Of a stretch of 44,987 bases of DNA, positions 19,494 to 26,372 are shown in pieces. The notes beneath the pieces were generated by a model. It worked only from the letters and a program-made list of their open reading frames with translations, made no database searches and had not been told where the DNA came from. Origin of the DNA: a virus; the IMG/VR virus record IMGVR_UViG_3300031521_000017; one strand, written 5' to 3'. Each line of letters starts with the position of its first letter. The first letter of the stretch is position 1. The position numbers and the translations under genes were made by a program.

Positions 19494-19915
19494 GGTTTTG
19501 TTGAGAGGGAAGCATCAAGGAGTTGAGAGCAAGTCCTACTGGAAAATCGGGTCGCTCTCTGAAACAAAGAGACTCGCGAGTAGGGTACTTCTAAGGCGGA
19601 CTCCTTCTCCTCTCAACACATTGAAAAGAGAATGCTTGCCAATGTGAGAACCCACTCCACTACTAGGCCCAGGGCTGCAAAACTTCCTCCTCTGCTGTCC
19701 TCCCCGAACGACGAGAAAAGGCTCACTCAGAAAATACCTCTGGTGACTTGAGGAAGTCCAAGTATGCAAGCATTCTCTTTCTAATGTACATTGACAAGAG
19801 GATAGTGTAAGGGGACAGTCTTCCTAGGGCGCGGCCGTGAGTCCCTACCTAACATCACCTAGTTTCTGGAGTCATGCCCAGAGCGAAGTTGCAGCAGAAA
19901 AAATACACTATTCTC

Positions 19916-19944
19916 TTGTCAGTGTCACACCGATGTGATACAAT
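19916..19944 (+). promoter_or_regulatory. promoter TTGTCA-N17-TACAAT
   Basis: Same TCTTGTCAGTGTCA...TACAAT form as the promoter at 17952. Confidence 0.5.
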
Positions 19945-19991
19945 AAAGGCACAGTAAAAGGGCAGGGATGCCCACAAGAAAAGGAGTCAAA

Positions 19992-20366
19992 ATGGCCGAC
20001 ACTCGCATCACCAAGAAGGACCGTTTCGCCCAGATGAAGAACATCGTTCTGGATGGCGTGTTTGTTGACGCCGAGGCAGACCTGCGGGAAGAGCTGGTCG
20101 CGTTCATCGACCACGAGGTCGAGCTGCTTGACAAGCGCGCGGGTACGAGCGGAAAGCCCACGAAGGCTCAGATTGAAAACGAGAAAATCAAGGTCAACAT
20201 CCTTGCGGCTCTCACGGGGTCTGAGGACGGTCTGAGGGCCACGGACGTTGGAGTCCTGATGGACATTCCGGTTCAGAAGGCAACGGCCCTGCTCAAGCAG
20301 ATGGTGGACGATGGAACCATCACCCGCGAGATGATCAAAAAGGTGGCAATGTTCAAGGTCGCCTAA
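19992..20366 (+). CDS. paralog A of a small K/A-rich protein family with a winged-helix-like C-terminus
   Basis: AAAGGAG ribosome-binding site; alignable by eye to 23563, 24626 and 40975 (TKKDRF... / ...GLRATDVGVLMDIPVQKATALLKQMVDDGTITREMIKKVAMFKV). Confidence 0.55.
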   Translation: MADTRITKKDRFAQMKNIVLDGVFVDAEADLREELVAFIDHEVELLDKRAGTSGKPTKAQIENEKIKVNILAALTGSEDGLRATDVGVLMDIPVQKATALLKQMVDDGTITREMIKKVAMFKVA

Positions 20367-20487
20367 CCTCTACGGTACTCTACAACGGAAGGTAGATCCA
20401 AGTACCTGCTGACAGTACGGGCAGGAGCCAGAATTTCGATTTAAGGAGGTGAGTCCACGTTCTAGACAACAAATAGATTTTAGTGTA

Positions 20488-20540
20488 GGACTCCCCACTT
20501 GGTCAAGCCTTGTGGGGAGTTTTGTTTTATTTTTTTTTCT
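20488..20540 (+). terminator. strong rho-independent terminator
   Basis: GGACTCCCCAC...GTGGGGAGTTTTGTTTTATTTTTTTTT. Confidence 0.7.
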
Positions 20541-20565
20541 AGAAAGTTGGCATGAAATTTGCTGG

Positions 20566-20583
20566 CGCGCCGCCCACGGCGCG
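20566..20583. repeat. GC palindrome CGCGCCG-CCCA-CGGCGCG followed by AAATTTTT (module 4)
   Basis: Family member. Confidence 0.6.
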
Positions 20584-20591
20584 AAATTTTT

Positions 20592-20620
20592 ACTATAACA
20601 CACCAGGCCAACTTTGTCAA
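20592..20620 (-). promoter_or_regulatory. predicted leftward promoter (minus strand TTGACA-N17-TATAGT)
   Basis: Nearly identical to module 5 (TTGACAAAGTTGGCCTGGTGTGTTATAGTAAAAATTTCGC versus TTGACAAAAGTGGCTCAGTGTGTTACTGTAAAAATTTCGGC). Confidence 0.5.
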
Positions 20621-20665
20621 GAGAAAAACCAGAATTATTTTTCTTTTTTTCTTCTCCTGAAACCC

Positions 20666-20694
20666 TTGTCGCCTTGCCGCACCTGTGGTACAAT
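20666..20694 (+). promoter_or_regulatory. island-type promoter CCTGAAACCC-TTGTCG-N17-TACAAT
   Basis: Conserved context. Confidence 0.5.
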
Positions 20695-20728
20695 CAACAG
20701 ACAACAGACCACAACAGAAAGCGAAACA

Positions 20729-20998
20729 ATGGCAACCGGAACGAACAACATTACAGAACTGCCCATGTCCGAAGATTCCAAAATGTGGAACTTCGTTGGG
20801 TACACTGTCCTATTCTTCATCATGGCAGGCCAAGCACTTTCCGCAGTTAATGTCCTGTGGGGTTCGCTTGCGTATCTTGTGTGCAACGTGCTTGCTATTT
20901 GGCGCACATTCTCACTACGTCGCCCAATGGCAGACAAGGTGCGGGACGTTATGTGTTTTGGAGTAACGTCCACAATTCTCATTACGAAATTTCTCTAG
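20729..20998 (+). CDS. 89-aa small membrane protein (2 transmembrane helices)
   Basis: ATG downstream of the promoter; hydrophobic stretches FVGYTVLFFIMAGQALSAV and LAYLVCNVLAIW. Confidence 0.45.
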   Translation: MATGTNNITELPMSEDSKMWNFVGYTVLFFIMAGQALSAVNVLWGSLAYLVCNVLAIWRTFSLRRPMADKVRDVMCFGVTSTILITKFL

Positions 20999-21005
20999 AA
21001 TCTTC

Positions 21006-21034
21006 TTGACCTCCTCGCGCAAGCCTGTTACACT
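21006..21034 (+). promoter_or_regulatory. promoter TTGACC-N17-TACACT
   Basis: Shares its -10 and start context TACACTAGACC with the promoter at 21973. Confidence 0.45.
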
Positions 21035-21068
21035 AGACCAGTCAAAGAAACCAACCGAAAGGTCCATC

Positions 21069-21806
21069 ATGGCTCGCAAGTCTCCCGCTCTCGCACTTGT
21101 GGTAGATGTCGAAACCTGCGGAGGTTTTGGCTCTCCTCATGTGTACGACCTTGGATTTGCGGTGGTCAATCCTAAGACTGCCGAGATTGTCGAATCGCAT
21201 TCCCTCCTCATTCCTGAAGTGTTCTACGGAATGTCTAAGGAGATGAATACCTGCTACTATGTGGAGAAGCTGCCGCAGTATATCGCGGGTATCGAGGAGG
21301 GTTCTTGGACAGTCACGCCGTTCTGGACTGCTTGGAACCTCGTGCGAAACACGATGCGAAAGTATGGTATCCGCAAGGTGTATGCCTATAACTGTGGCTT
21401 CGACCGTGGCGCACTTGACAGTACCATTAAGGCGATGACGTGCAACAAGTGGTCGCACTTCTTCCCCAAGGGTACAGAGTATTGCGACATTTGGCATATG
21501 GCTTGCCAGACCATCATGAGCCAGCGAAACTTCGTTAAGTTTTGCAACCGTCATGGGTATGTCTCGGATGCGGGAAATATCCGAACGTCTGCGGAGGTGT
21601 GCTACGCTTACATTACCAGACAGCCACACTTCGAGGAGTCACATACGGGGCTGGAAGATGTTCTCATCGAAGCTGCCATTCTCGCGCATGTTCTTCGCAC
21701 CAAGCGCGGCAAGGTGGACGAAAGTCTGACCGCTATGCCGTGGAAGATTCCGCAAGTTGTGCGGAAGGAGATGCAGAGAGCGCAAGGAATGTCAACCCTG
21801 TTCTAA
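21069..21806 (+). CDS. DEDDh-family 3'-5' exonuclease (DnaQ / RNase T / oligoribonuclease-like fold)
   Basis: Exo I motif LVVDVETCG, Exo II motif YAYNCGFDRGAL, Exo III motif H-x4-D (SHTGLEDVLIEAAIL); about 245 aa. Confidence 0.6.
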   Translation: MARKSPALALVVDVETCGGFGSPHVYDLGFAVVNPKTAEIVESHSLLIPEVFYGMSKEMNTCYYVEKLPQYIAGIEEGSWTVTPFWTAWNLVRNTMRKYGIRKVYAYNCGFDRGALDSTIKAMTCNKWSHFFPKGTEYCDIWHMACQTIMSQRNFVKFCNRHGYVSDAGNIRTSAEVCYAYITRQPHFEESHTGLEDVLIEAAILAHVLRTKRGKVDESLTAMPWKIPQVVRKEMQRAQGMSTLF

Positions 21807-21812
21807 AAAAGG

Positions 21813-21837
21813 TCTCCCGAAAGGGAGATTTTTTTTC
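21813..21837. terminator. bidirectional rho-independent terminator AAAAAA-GGTCTCCC-GAAA-GGGAGA-TTTTTTTT
   Basis: Hairpin flanked by an A-run upstream and a T-run downstream. Confidence 0.7.
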
Positions 21838-21873
21838 TCAAAAAAACACTTGACAAATCTATGGGAAAATGCG

Positions 21874-21891
21874 CGGCGCGTGGACGCGCCG
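21874..21891. repeat. GC palindrome CGGCGCG-TGGA-CGCGCCG followed by AAATTTTT (module 5)
   Basis: Family member. Confidence 0.6.
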
Positions 21892-21899
21892 AAATTTTT

Positions 21900-21928
21900 A
21901 CAGTAACACACTGAGCCACTTTTGTCAA
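21900..21928 (-). promoter_or_regulatory. predicted leftward promoter (minus strand TTGACA-N17-TACTGT); its transcript would run through the palindrome into the bidirectional terminator (about 90-nt RNA)
   Basis: Geometry as in modules 1, 2 and 4; a terminator lies 60-90 nt downstream on the minus strand. Confidence 0.45.
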
Positions 21929-21972
21929 GCAAAATCCGCAGAAAAGAAATCTTTTTTTTTTGCCCAAAACCC

Positions 21973-22001
21973 TTGCTATTGTCAACTAGTCAGCGTACAC
22001 T
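21973..22001 (+). promoter_or_regulatory. island-type promoter CCCAAAACCC-TTGCTA-N17-TACACT
   Basis: Conserved context. Confidence 0.5.
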
Positions 22002-22041
22002 AGACCTACAAGAGAACAACCCGTCAACAACAGGAGTTAAC

Positions 22042-22491
22042 ATGCCGTGCAAGAAAATCTTCTTCGACCTCGATGGAACGGTCTATCCTCTGTATGACCA
22101 AGAGGGATGGTTGGACAAACTTCACGCTAGTGACCCTTCTGCTTATGCGGTCGAAGATACTATGGTCCCCTCGGAGGAACTTCTTGACGCTCTCTGCGAC
22201 CTCATGGGCGCGGGATATGAAATCGGCGTTATCTCTTGGCTCGCGCGCAACGCCTCCAAAGAATACGAGCAGGAGACACGCGAAGTCAAGAGAGCATGGA
22301 TAAAGAAGTTTCTTCCTATGGCTTCTGAAATCCATATCGTCCGATATGGCACACCCAAGCAAGGTGTTATCCGCAAGCAGCCACTGGCGATTCTCGTCGA
22401 TGACGATGCGAACGTGCGCGCGGCATGGTGTCATGGTCTTACAATCGACCCGACCAAGAATCTCATAAAGAGGTTGCGCTCGCTCATCTAG
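22042..22491 (+). CDS. HAD-superfamily phosphatase (149 aa)
   Basis: Motif I FFDLDGTV near the N-terminus; motif IV ILVDDDANV near the C-terminus; GGAG ribosome-binding site. Confidence 0.55.
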   Translation: MPCKKIFFDLDGTVYPLYDQEGWLDKLHASDPSAYAVEDTMVPSEELLDALCDLMGAGYEIGVISWLARNASKEYEQETREVKRAWIKKFLPMASEIHIVRYGTPKQGVIRKQPLAILVDDDANVRAAWCHGLTIDPTKNLIKRLRSLI

Positions 22492-22536
22492 TGTGCTATA
22501 CTCTATACAACGACAAACAAGAAAGAAGGTTCGACA

Positions 22537-22791
22537 GTGAAAACCAACGAAATCATATTCGCCGCCGATTGTTCAGAGAACATCATAAATGCTCTGGTGG
22601 CGGTGTACCAGAATTCAACATACCAAGGAGGTCAGCATGACCTCACCACTTGCCGCATATGCCATGCGGAGCAAAACTGGGGTGGTAATGGAAGGGGTTG
22701 GAACCTAACGCACAAACCTCTGTGGAATGGTCAGCCCTGCCCAGTCGGAACGCTGGAAACTCTTCTCCAAGAGTTTTACAAGGAGGGATAG
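22537..22791 (+). CDS. 84-aa hypothetical protein (GTG start)
   Basis: ORF; start uncertain. Confidence 0.3.
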   Translation: MKTNEIIFAADCSENIINALVAVYQNSTYQGGQHDLTTCRICHAEQNWGGNGRGWNLTHKPLWNGQPCPVGTLETLLQEFYKEG

Positions 22792-22793
22792 AG

Positions 22794-23051
22794 ATGGGCA
22801 ATCCCTGCCAACAATGCAGACTCGACAATGGTAAATGCTCCTACTGGGACGAAGACAACCCCGATAACAACTTCTCACTCTCCACCGGCTATGATGAAGA
22901 TGGGGATTGTATGGCAGAAGATGCTGACTTCCCCGGCGACATATGCGAGAATTACCAAGCTGACCTCGCGGGAGACTACTGCGACCGCTGCGGCAATTAT
23001 CTCGGGAGTGAAGATGACGACGAAGAAAGCGAGTGTATCTGCAATGATTGA
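22794..23051 (+). CDS. 85-aa highly acidic Cys-rich protein (MGNPCQQCRLDNGKCSYWDEDNPDNN...DDDEESECICND)
   Basis: AAGGAGGGATAGAG ribosome-binding site; about 30% D/E; CxxC pairs. Confidence 0.45.
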   Translation: MGNPCQQCRLDNGKCSYWDEDNPDNNFSLSTGYDEDGDCMAEDADFPGDICENYQADLAGDYCDRCGNYLGSEDDDEESECICND

Positions 23052-23319
23052 TGTCGCTTGCGCCAACTATAACGGGCGCCATCGTTCTTGTGAGTGTTTC
23101 GACCTCGCAAGTGAGGATGACATTTCCAAAATGCTCTGCGACCACTTGGGAACTTGTGATGGATGGGGGAGTGAAACCTCCTGCATTAACTTCAAAGAGG
23201 CCGAAAGTTACTTCGAAAAAGATGAAGATGATGAATGCGATGGGAACTGTCCTTGCATCGACCTTTGTGATGAGGGTTCTGGAATGGTTCGAGAGACAAA
23301 ATGGCCTAAGATCTTCTGA
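23044..23319 (+). CDS. 91-aa acidic Cys-rich protein 2 (MIDVACANY...DEDDECDGNCPCIDLCDEG...)
   Basis: ATGATTGATG overlap with the upstream gene; acidic and cysteine-rich. Confidence 0.45.
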   Translation: MIDVACANYNGRHRSCECFDLASEDDISKMLCDHLGTCDGWGSETSCINFKEAESYFEKDEDDECDGNCPCIDLCDEGSGMVRETKWPKIF

Positions 23320-23351
23320 AATGCATCAATTTCATGTAATTATGCATGAAA

Positions 23352-23371
23352 TTGGCCCGCGTGCGGGCCAA
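23352..23371. repeat. GC palindrome TTGGCCCGC-GT-GCGGGCCAA followed by AATTT (module 6)
   Basis: Family member. Confidence 0.6.
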
Positions 23372-23477
23372 AATTTCAAATATCGTGCCAAAACCACCTT
23401 TTTTCGCCCAAAACAGCGAAAAATCTTGATTAATCTTCATTTCCCGAAATTAATTTAAGTTTATTTGCTATTTGGGG

Positions 23478-23506
23478 TTGTTTCTGCCGCAGAATAATGC
23501 TACAAT
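23478..23506 (+). promoter_or_regulatory. promoter TTGTTT-N17-TACAAT with an upstream CCCGAAA element
   Basis: Conserved -10 TGCTACAATGG. Confidence 0.4.
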
Positions 23507-23562
23507 GGTTTTGTTGAGAAAGAAGGAAGTGAGGCGGGAGCCTCCAAACGAAAGGCGTGACC

Positions 23563-23916
23563 ATGAACAAGAAGATGACCAAGCGCGAGATGTTCACCGC
23601 TGCTATCGCAATTGTTGCGGCTGCGAATGTCCCCGGAACCCCTGCTGTGGTGGAGGGTTTGAAGCACGAGCTGGAGTTGCTCAACAAGAAGTCCGCAGAT
23701 GGCAAGGGCAGCGCCAAGCACGCTGCCGAGGTTCGTGCCAACATGGACAAGGTTGTGACTGTCCTGTCTGATGAGGGCATCCGCGCCGCAGATGTTGGAA
23801 CTCTCGCAGACTTCTCGATTCAGAGGACTACGGCCCTCCTGAAGAAGCTTGTGGACAGCGGCGAGGTTGTCAGGGACGAGGTTAAGAAGGTAGCCTACTT
23901 CTCTCTCGCGGAGTAA
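23563..23916 (+). CDS. paralog B of the K/A-rich winged-helix-like family
   Basis: Alignable to 19992 (MNKKMTKREMF... / ...GIRAADVGTLADFSIQRTTALLKKLVDSGEVVRDEVKKVAYFSL). Confidence 0.55.
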   Translation: MNKKMTKREMFTAAIAIVAAANVPGTPAVVEGLKHELELLNKKSADGKGSAKHAAEVRANMDKVVTVLSDEGIRAADVGTLADFSIQRTTALLKKLVDSGEVVRDEVKKVAYFSLAE

Positions 23917-23948
23917 GCAAAAAGGGGAGAGAAATCTCCCCCAATCGC

Positions 23949-23977
23949 TTGTCCTAGTCGTGCCAATGTGCTACAAT
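23949..23977 (+). promoter_or_regulatory. promoter TTGTCC-N17-TACAAT
   Basis: Shares 20 nt (TGCTACAATGAACTTACARG) with the promoter at 17952. Confidence 0.5.
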
Positions 23978-24027
23978 GAACTTACAAGAAACAACGAACG
24001 CCCTACGGGGCAAGAAGGAGAGTTAGC

Positions 24028-24273
24028 ATGGAGTTTACTGTTATTGACACTTATGACTGCGAAACATCGCGTTTCGACACGTTGGACGCCGCGAGAGCGT
24101 ATGCTAAATCAGTCGCAGAGTGGCTGGTCGAGAGAGAGTATTTCGGTGAAACAGTCACAATCTCTATGATTGTTCCTTTTGAGGCTTGTGAAACTATCAG
24201 GCCGACGCCGGCTCCACCGATTGAGTTCTGCACTTGTCAGACAGTAGTGGTTACCACGACTGTCTGCGGATAG
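24028..24273 (+). CDS. 81-aa hypothetical protein
   Basis: GAAGGAGAG ribosome-binding site. Confidence 0.4.
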   Translation: MEFTVIDTYDCETSRFDTLDAARAYAKSVAEWLVEREYFGETVTISMIVPFEACETIRPTPAPPIEFCTCQTVVVTTTVCG

Positions 24274-24383
24274 CGAGTCCTACCCTACATTTAAATAAAT
24301 GGTTAACAGGTAGCTGCTGTTATTAAATGTCAGTTGTAAAACTCAGCCCCGCAGTCTCACCCTGAGGTTGAGGGTGAGATTTG

Positions 24384-24403
24384 TTGGCTCGCAAGCGAGC
24401 CAA
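24384..24403. repeat. palindrome TTGGCTCGC-AA-GCGAGCCAA followed by AATTTGACAG (module 7); preceded by the hairpin TCTCACCCT-GAGGTTG-AGGGTGAGA (24355-24379)
   Basis: Family member. Confidence 0.55.
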
Positions 24404-24524
24404 AATTTGACAGAAAACATCCTATAGGCATTTTTTGCCTTACCTCGTGACCCTTCTATATAGACTATAAAATTCCCAATATAGACCCCATAAGCCTTAT
24501 ATCGCCTAGCTCAAAAGATTTCTA

Positions 24525-24553
24525 TTGACACTTTTTTTGAAATGTGTTATAAT
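24525..24553 (+). promoter_or_regulatory. consensus sigma-A promoter TTGACA-N17(TGTGT)-TATAAT with an AAAAGATTT UP-like element
   Basis: One of three near-identical promoters (24525, 25181, 25912). Confidence 0.6.
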
Positions 24554-24625
24554 GAGATATAAGGAAAAAGGGAATGCATAAAAGGTGTGTTCCACAGAAT
24601 AAACAGAGAGGTTCGGTGTATTAAG

Positions 24626-25000
24626 GTGACGAAGGTTACGAAGCGCAACCAGTTTGTTGCTGTCCAGGAGATCCTGACTGGTCTCGGCGAGACGGATCGA
24701 GCAGACTTCATCGGTGCTCAGATTGCTCTTATCGACAAGCGCAAGACTGCAGACCGCAAGCCCACGAAGGCTCAGGAGGCTAATGCTGAGATCAAGGAGA
24801 GTATTGTCGAGACTCTCATTGGCTTTGATGGTCTGACTGCGACTGAGGTTGCAGGTACCGAGGACATCTCAGTCCAGAAGGCCAGCCAGCTGCTTACGCA
24901 GCTTGTGGCTGCGGAGATTGTTATCCGCGTCGAGGGCAAGGGCAAGGAGAAGACTAAGTTCAGCCTCGCTAATCGTGCGGAGGTTGACGCCGCAGAGTAA
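24626..25000 (+). CDS. paralog C of the K/A-rich winged-helix-like family (GTG start; an alternative GTG lies at 24587)
   Basis: With GTG at 24626 the N-terminus MTKVTKRNQF aligns with paralogs A, B and D; C-terminal part ...GLTATEVAGTEDISVQKASQLLTQLVAAEIVIRVEGKGKEKTKFSL. Confidence 0.5.
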   Translation: MTKVTKRNQFVAVQEILTGLGETDRADFIGAQIALIDKRKTADRKPTKAQEANAEIKESIVETLIGFDGLTATEVAGTEDISVQKASQLLTQLVAAEIVIRVEGKGKEKTKFSLANRAEVDAAE

Positions 25001-25180
25001 GTTATCTTAACCGAGAGGTTCCTCCGAAGTCCGAGGATTAAATAGGCAGGCTCCAGGTCCAGCCTCTCCACAAAGATAAGTTAGTTTTTTGGCCCTTAGT
25101 TCTACAAGGGACAGGCCATCCCGCCACGAGTCGCGACTCAGTGGAACTAACGGCTAAAAAGCTAACTTAAAAGATTTTGT

Positions 25181-25209
25181 TTGACAAAAAATAAAAAATA
25201 TGTTATAAT
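25181..25209 (+). promoter_or_regulatory. consensus sigma-A promoter TTGACA-N17-TATAAT
   Basis: AACTTAAAAGATTTTGTTTGACA upstream context. Confidence 0.6.
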
Positions 25210-25250
25210 AGAGATAACGAAAAAAGAAAAATCTAAAAAGGAGCTGCCGC

Positions 25251-25646
25251 ATGCGCTACGATCTCGATGGTAAGAATATCAACATCCCTGACAACTTCAT
25301 TGACACCAGCATGCACAATCTCGGCATCACTCGTCAGGAAGCTATTGACCTCTACCTGTCAGACAATGACTTCATTACTAACGATGAGATTGTCGCCATG
25401 ACAGTTAAGGCTAAGGCCGCAGGCACTGGTGCTAAGGCAACGGGGGAGAAAGTTGCCCACAAGGCTCCAGAGCGCAAGCCCGATCTCGTTAAGCGTGCAG
25501 TTATTGCTGCCCTTTCTGAATTCATCACGGGCACTGAGCACGTTGAGAATGTCACTATTACCAATATCGAGCGAATGATTGCTTTCGAAATTGGTGGAGA
25601 TAAGTTCGAAGTCGTGCTTACCAAGAAGCGTAAGCCCAAGGAGTAA
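25251..25646 (+). CDS. 131-aa hypothetical protein
   Basis: AAAGGAG ribosome-binding site. Confidence 0.5.
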   Translation: MRYDLDGKNINIPDNFIDTSMHNLGITRQEAIDLYLSDNDFITNDEIVAMTVKAKAAGTGAKATGEKVAHKAPERKPDLVKRAVIAALSEFITGTEHVENVTITNIERMIAFEIGGDKFEVVLTKKRKPKE

Positions 25647-25911
25647 TTACAATATGGGCCGGATATGACACGAAGTCATAGAAGAGACTTTCCGGGAGTA
25701 GGAGATCGGTACCCTACAATTTAATTATACCAGCAGGTCCAGTTTGCGACAGAGTAATGGGGCGGAACGATCATCCGCACTCCTGCTGATATAAAATCTT
25801 TTAAGTTGGCTTCTCAGTGGTGACGCGTAACCCGCCGTTGTCTCAGCTCTGGATGGCCATTCAACTGAGCCTTTTCAAAAAAATTTGAGAAGTCAACTTA
25901 AAAGATTTTCA

Positions 25912-25940
25912 TTGACAACTTTTCAAAAATGTGTTATAAT
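25912..25940 (+). promoter_or_regulatory. consensus sigma-A promoter TTGACA-N17-TATAAT
   Basis: CAACTTAAAAGATTTTCATTGACA upstream context. Confidence 0.6.
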
Positions 25941-25980
25941 AAGATATAGAAAAAAACAAAAGAAAGAAATGAGGAATACC

Positions 25981-26187
25981 ATGCGCGAGGTCTTCTACGT
26001 AATGCCATGTCCTGGCTCATTCACTCCGATTAATCTTGAAGGTGATGATTTCGTTCGACTCCCTGATGGTGTTCATGCAGCCACAGGTATCGGCACAGTC
26101 TTTATCGCTATGACACTTACTGGTCGTGCATTCTACGCCATTGAGGGTTGCCTCGTAATTGTAGACTTGGATGAGGTACTCGACTAA
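25981..26187 (+). CDS. 68-aa hypothetical protein
   Basis: GAGGAATACC ribosome-binding site. Confidence 0.4.
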   Translation: MREVFYVMPCPGSFTPINLEGDDFVRLPDGVHAATGIGTVFIAMTLTGRAFYAIEGCLVIVDLDEVLD

Positions 26188-26372
26188 TGCATGAGTATAA
26201 AATCCTCGTCACAGAGTGGGATTTGTCTTGCGGAGACCCTAACTCTTGGGTGAAGTTCCGCATGACAAATATCTTCAATATTCCAGCAAAGACTCTCGGT
26301 GATGCTCTTGGTAGGCTCGCAAAGTCTATGGGTTATGGCATTATCGAGTATGAAGTTCTTGCAATATATTAA
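26187..26372 (+). CDS. 61-aa hypothetical protein
   Basis: TAATG-coupled ORF. Confidence 0.35.
   Translation: MHEYKILVTEWDLSCGDPNSWVKFRMTNIFNIPAKTLGDALGRLAKSMGYGIIEYEVLAIY

Noticed and set aside
19465-19647. 60-aa ORF at the start of the long leader
   Set aside because: It begins inside the -10 box of the promoter at 19465-19493, has no ribosome-binding site and is Arg/Leu-rich junk-like. It is more likely non-coding leader.
17804-19802. CATTGACAAGAGGATAGT as an additional sigma-A promoter
   Set aside because: TTGACA is present but no acceptable -10 lies 16-18 nt downstream in either copy. Kept as a conserved box of unknown role.
20500-20512. TTGGTCAAG inside the terminator loop at 20488-20540 resembling the TTGTCAAGAG box
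   Set aside because: Single occurrence, one mismatch, located in a hairpin loop; probably coincidental.
17390-24403. CRISPR-like array suggested by the recurring GC palindromes
   Set aside because: The palindromes are not identical repeats and are 1-1.5 kb apart with genes between them. There are no regularly sized spacers and no cas genes. They are regulatory or structural elements, not a CRISPR array.
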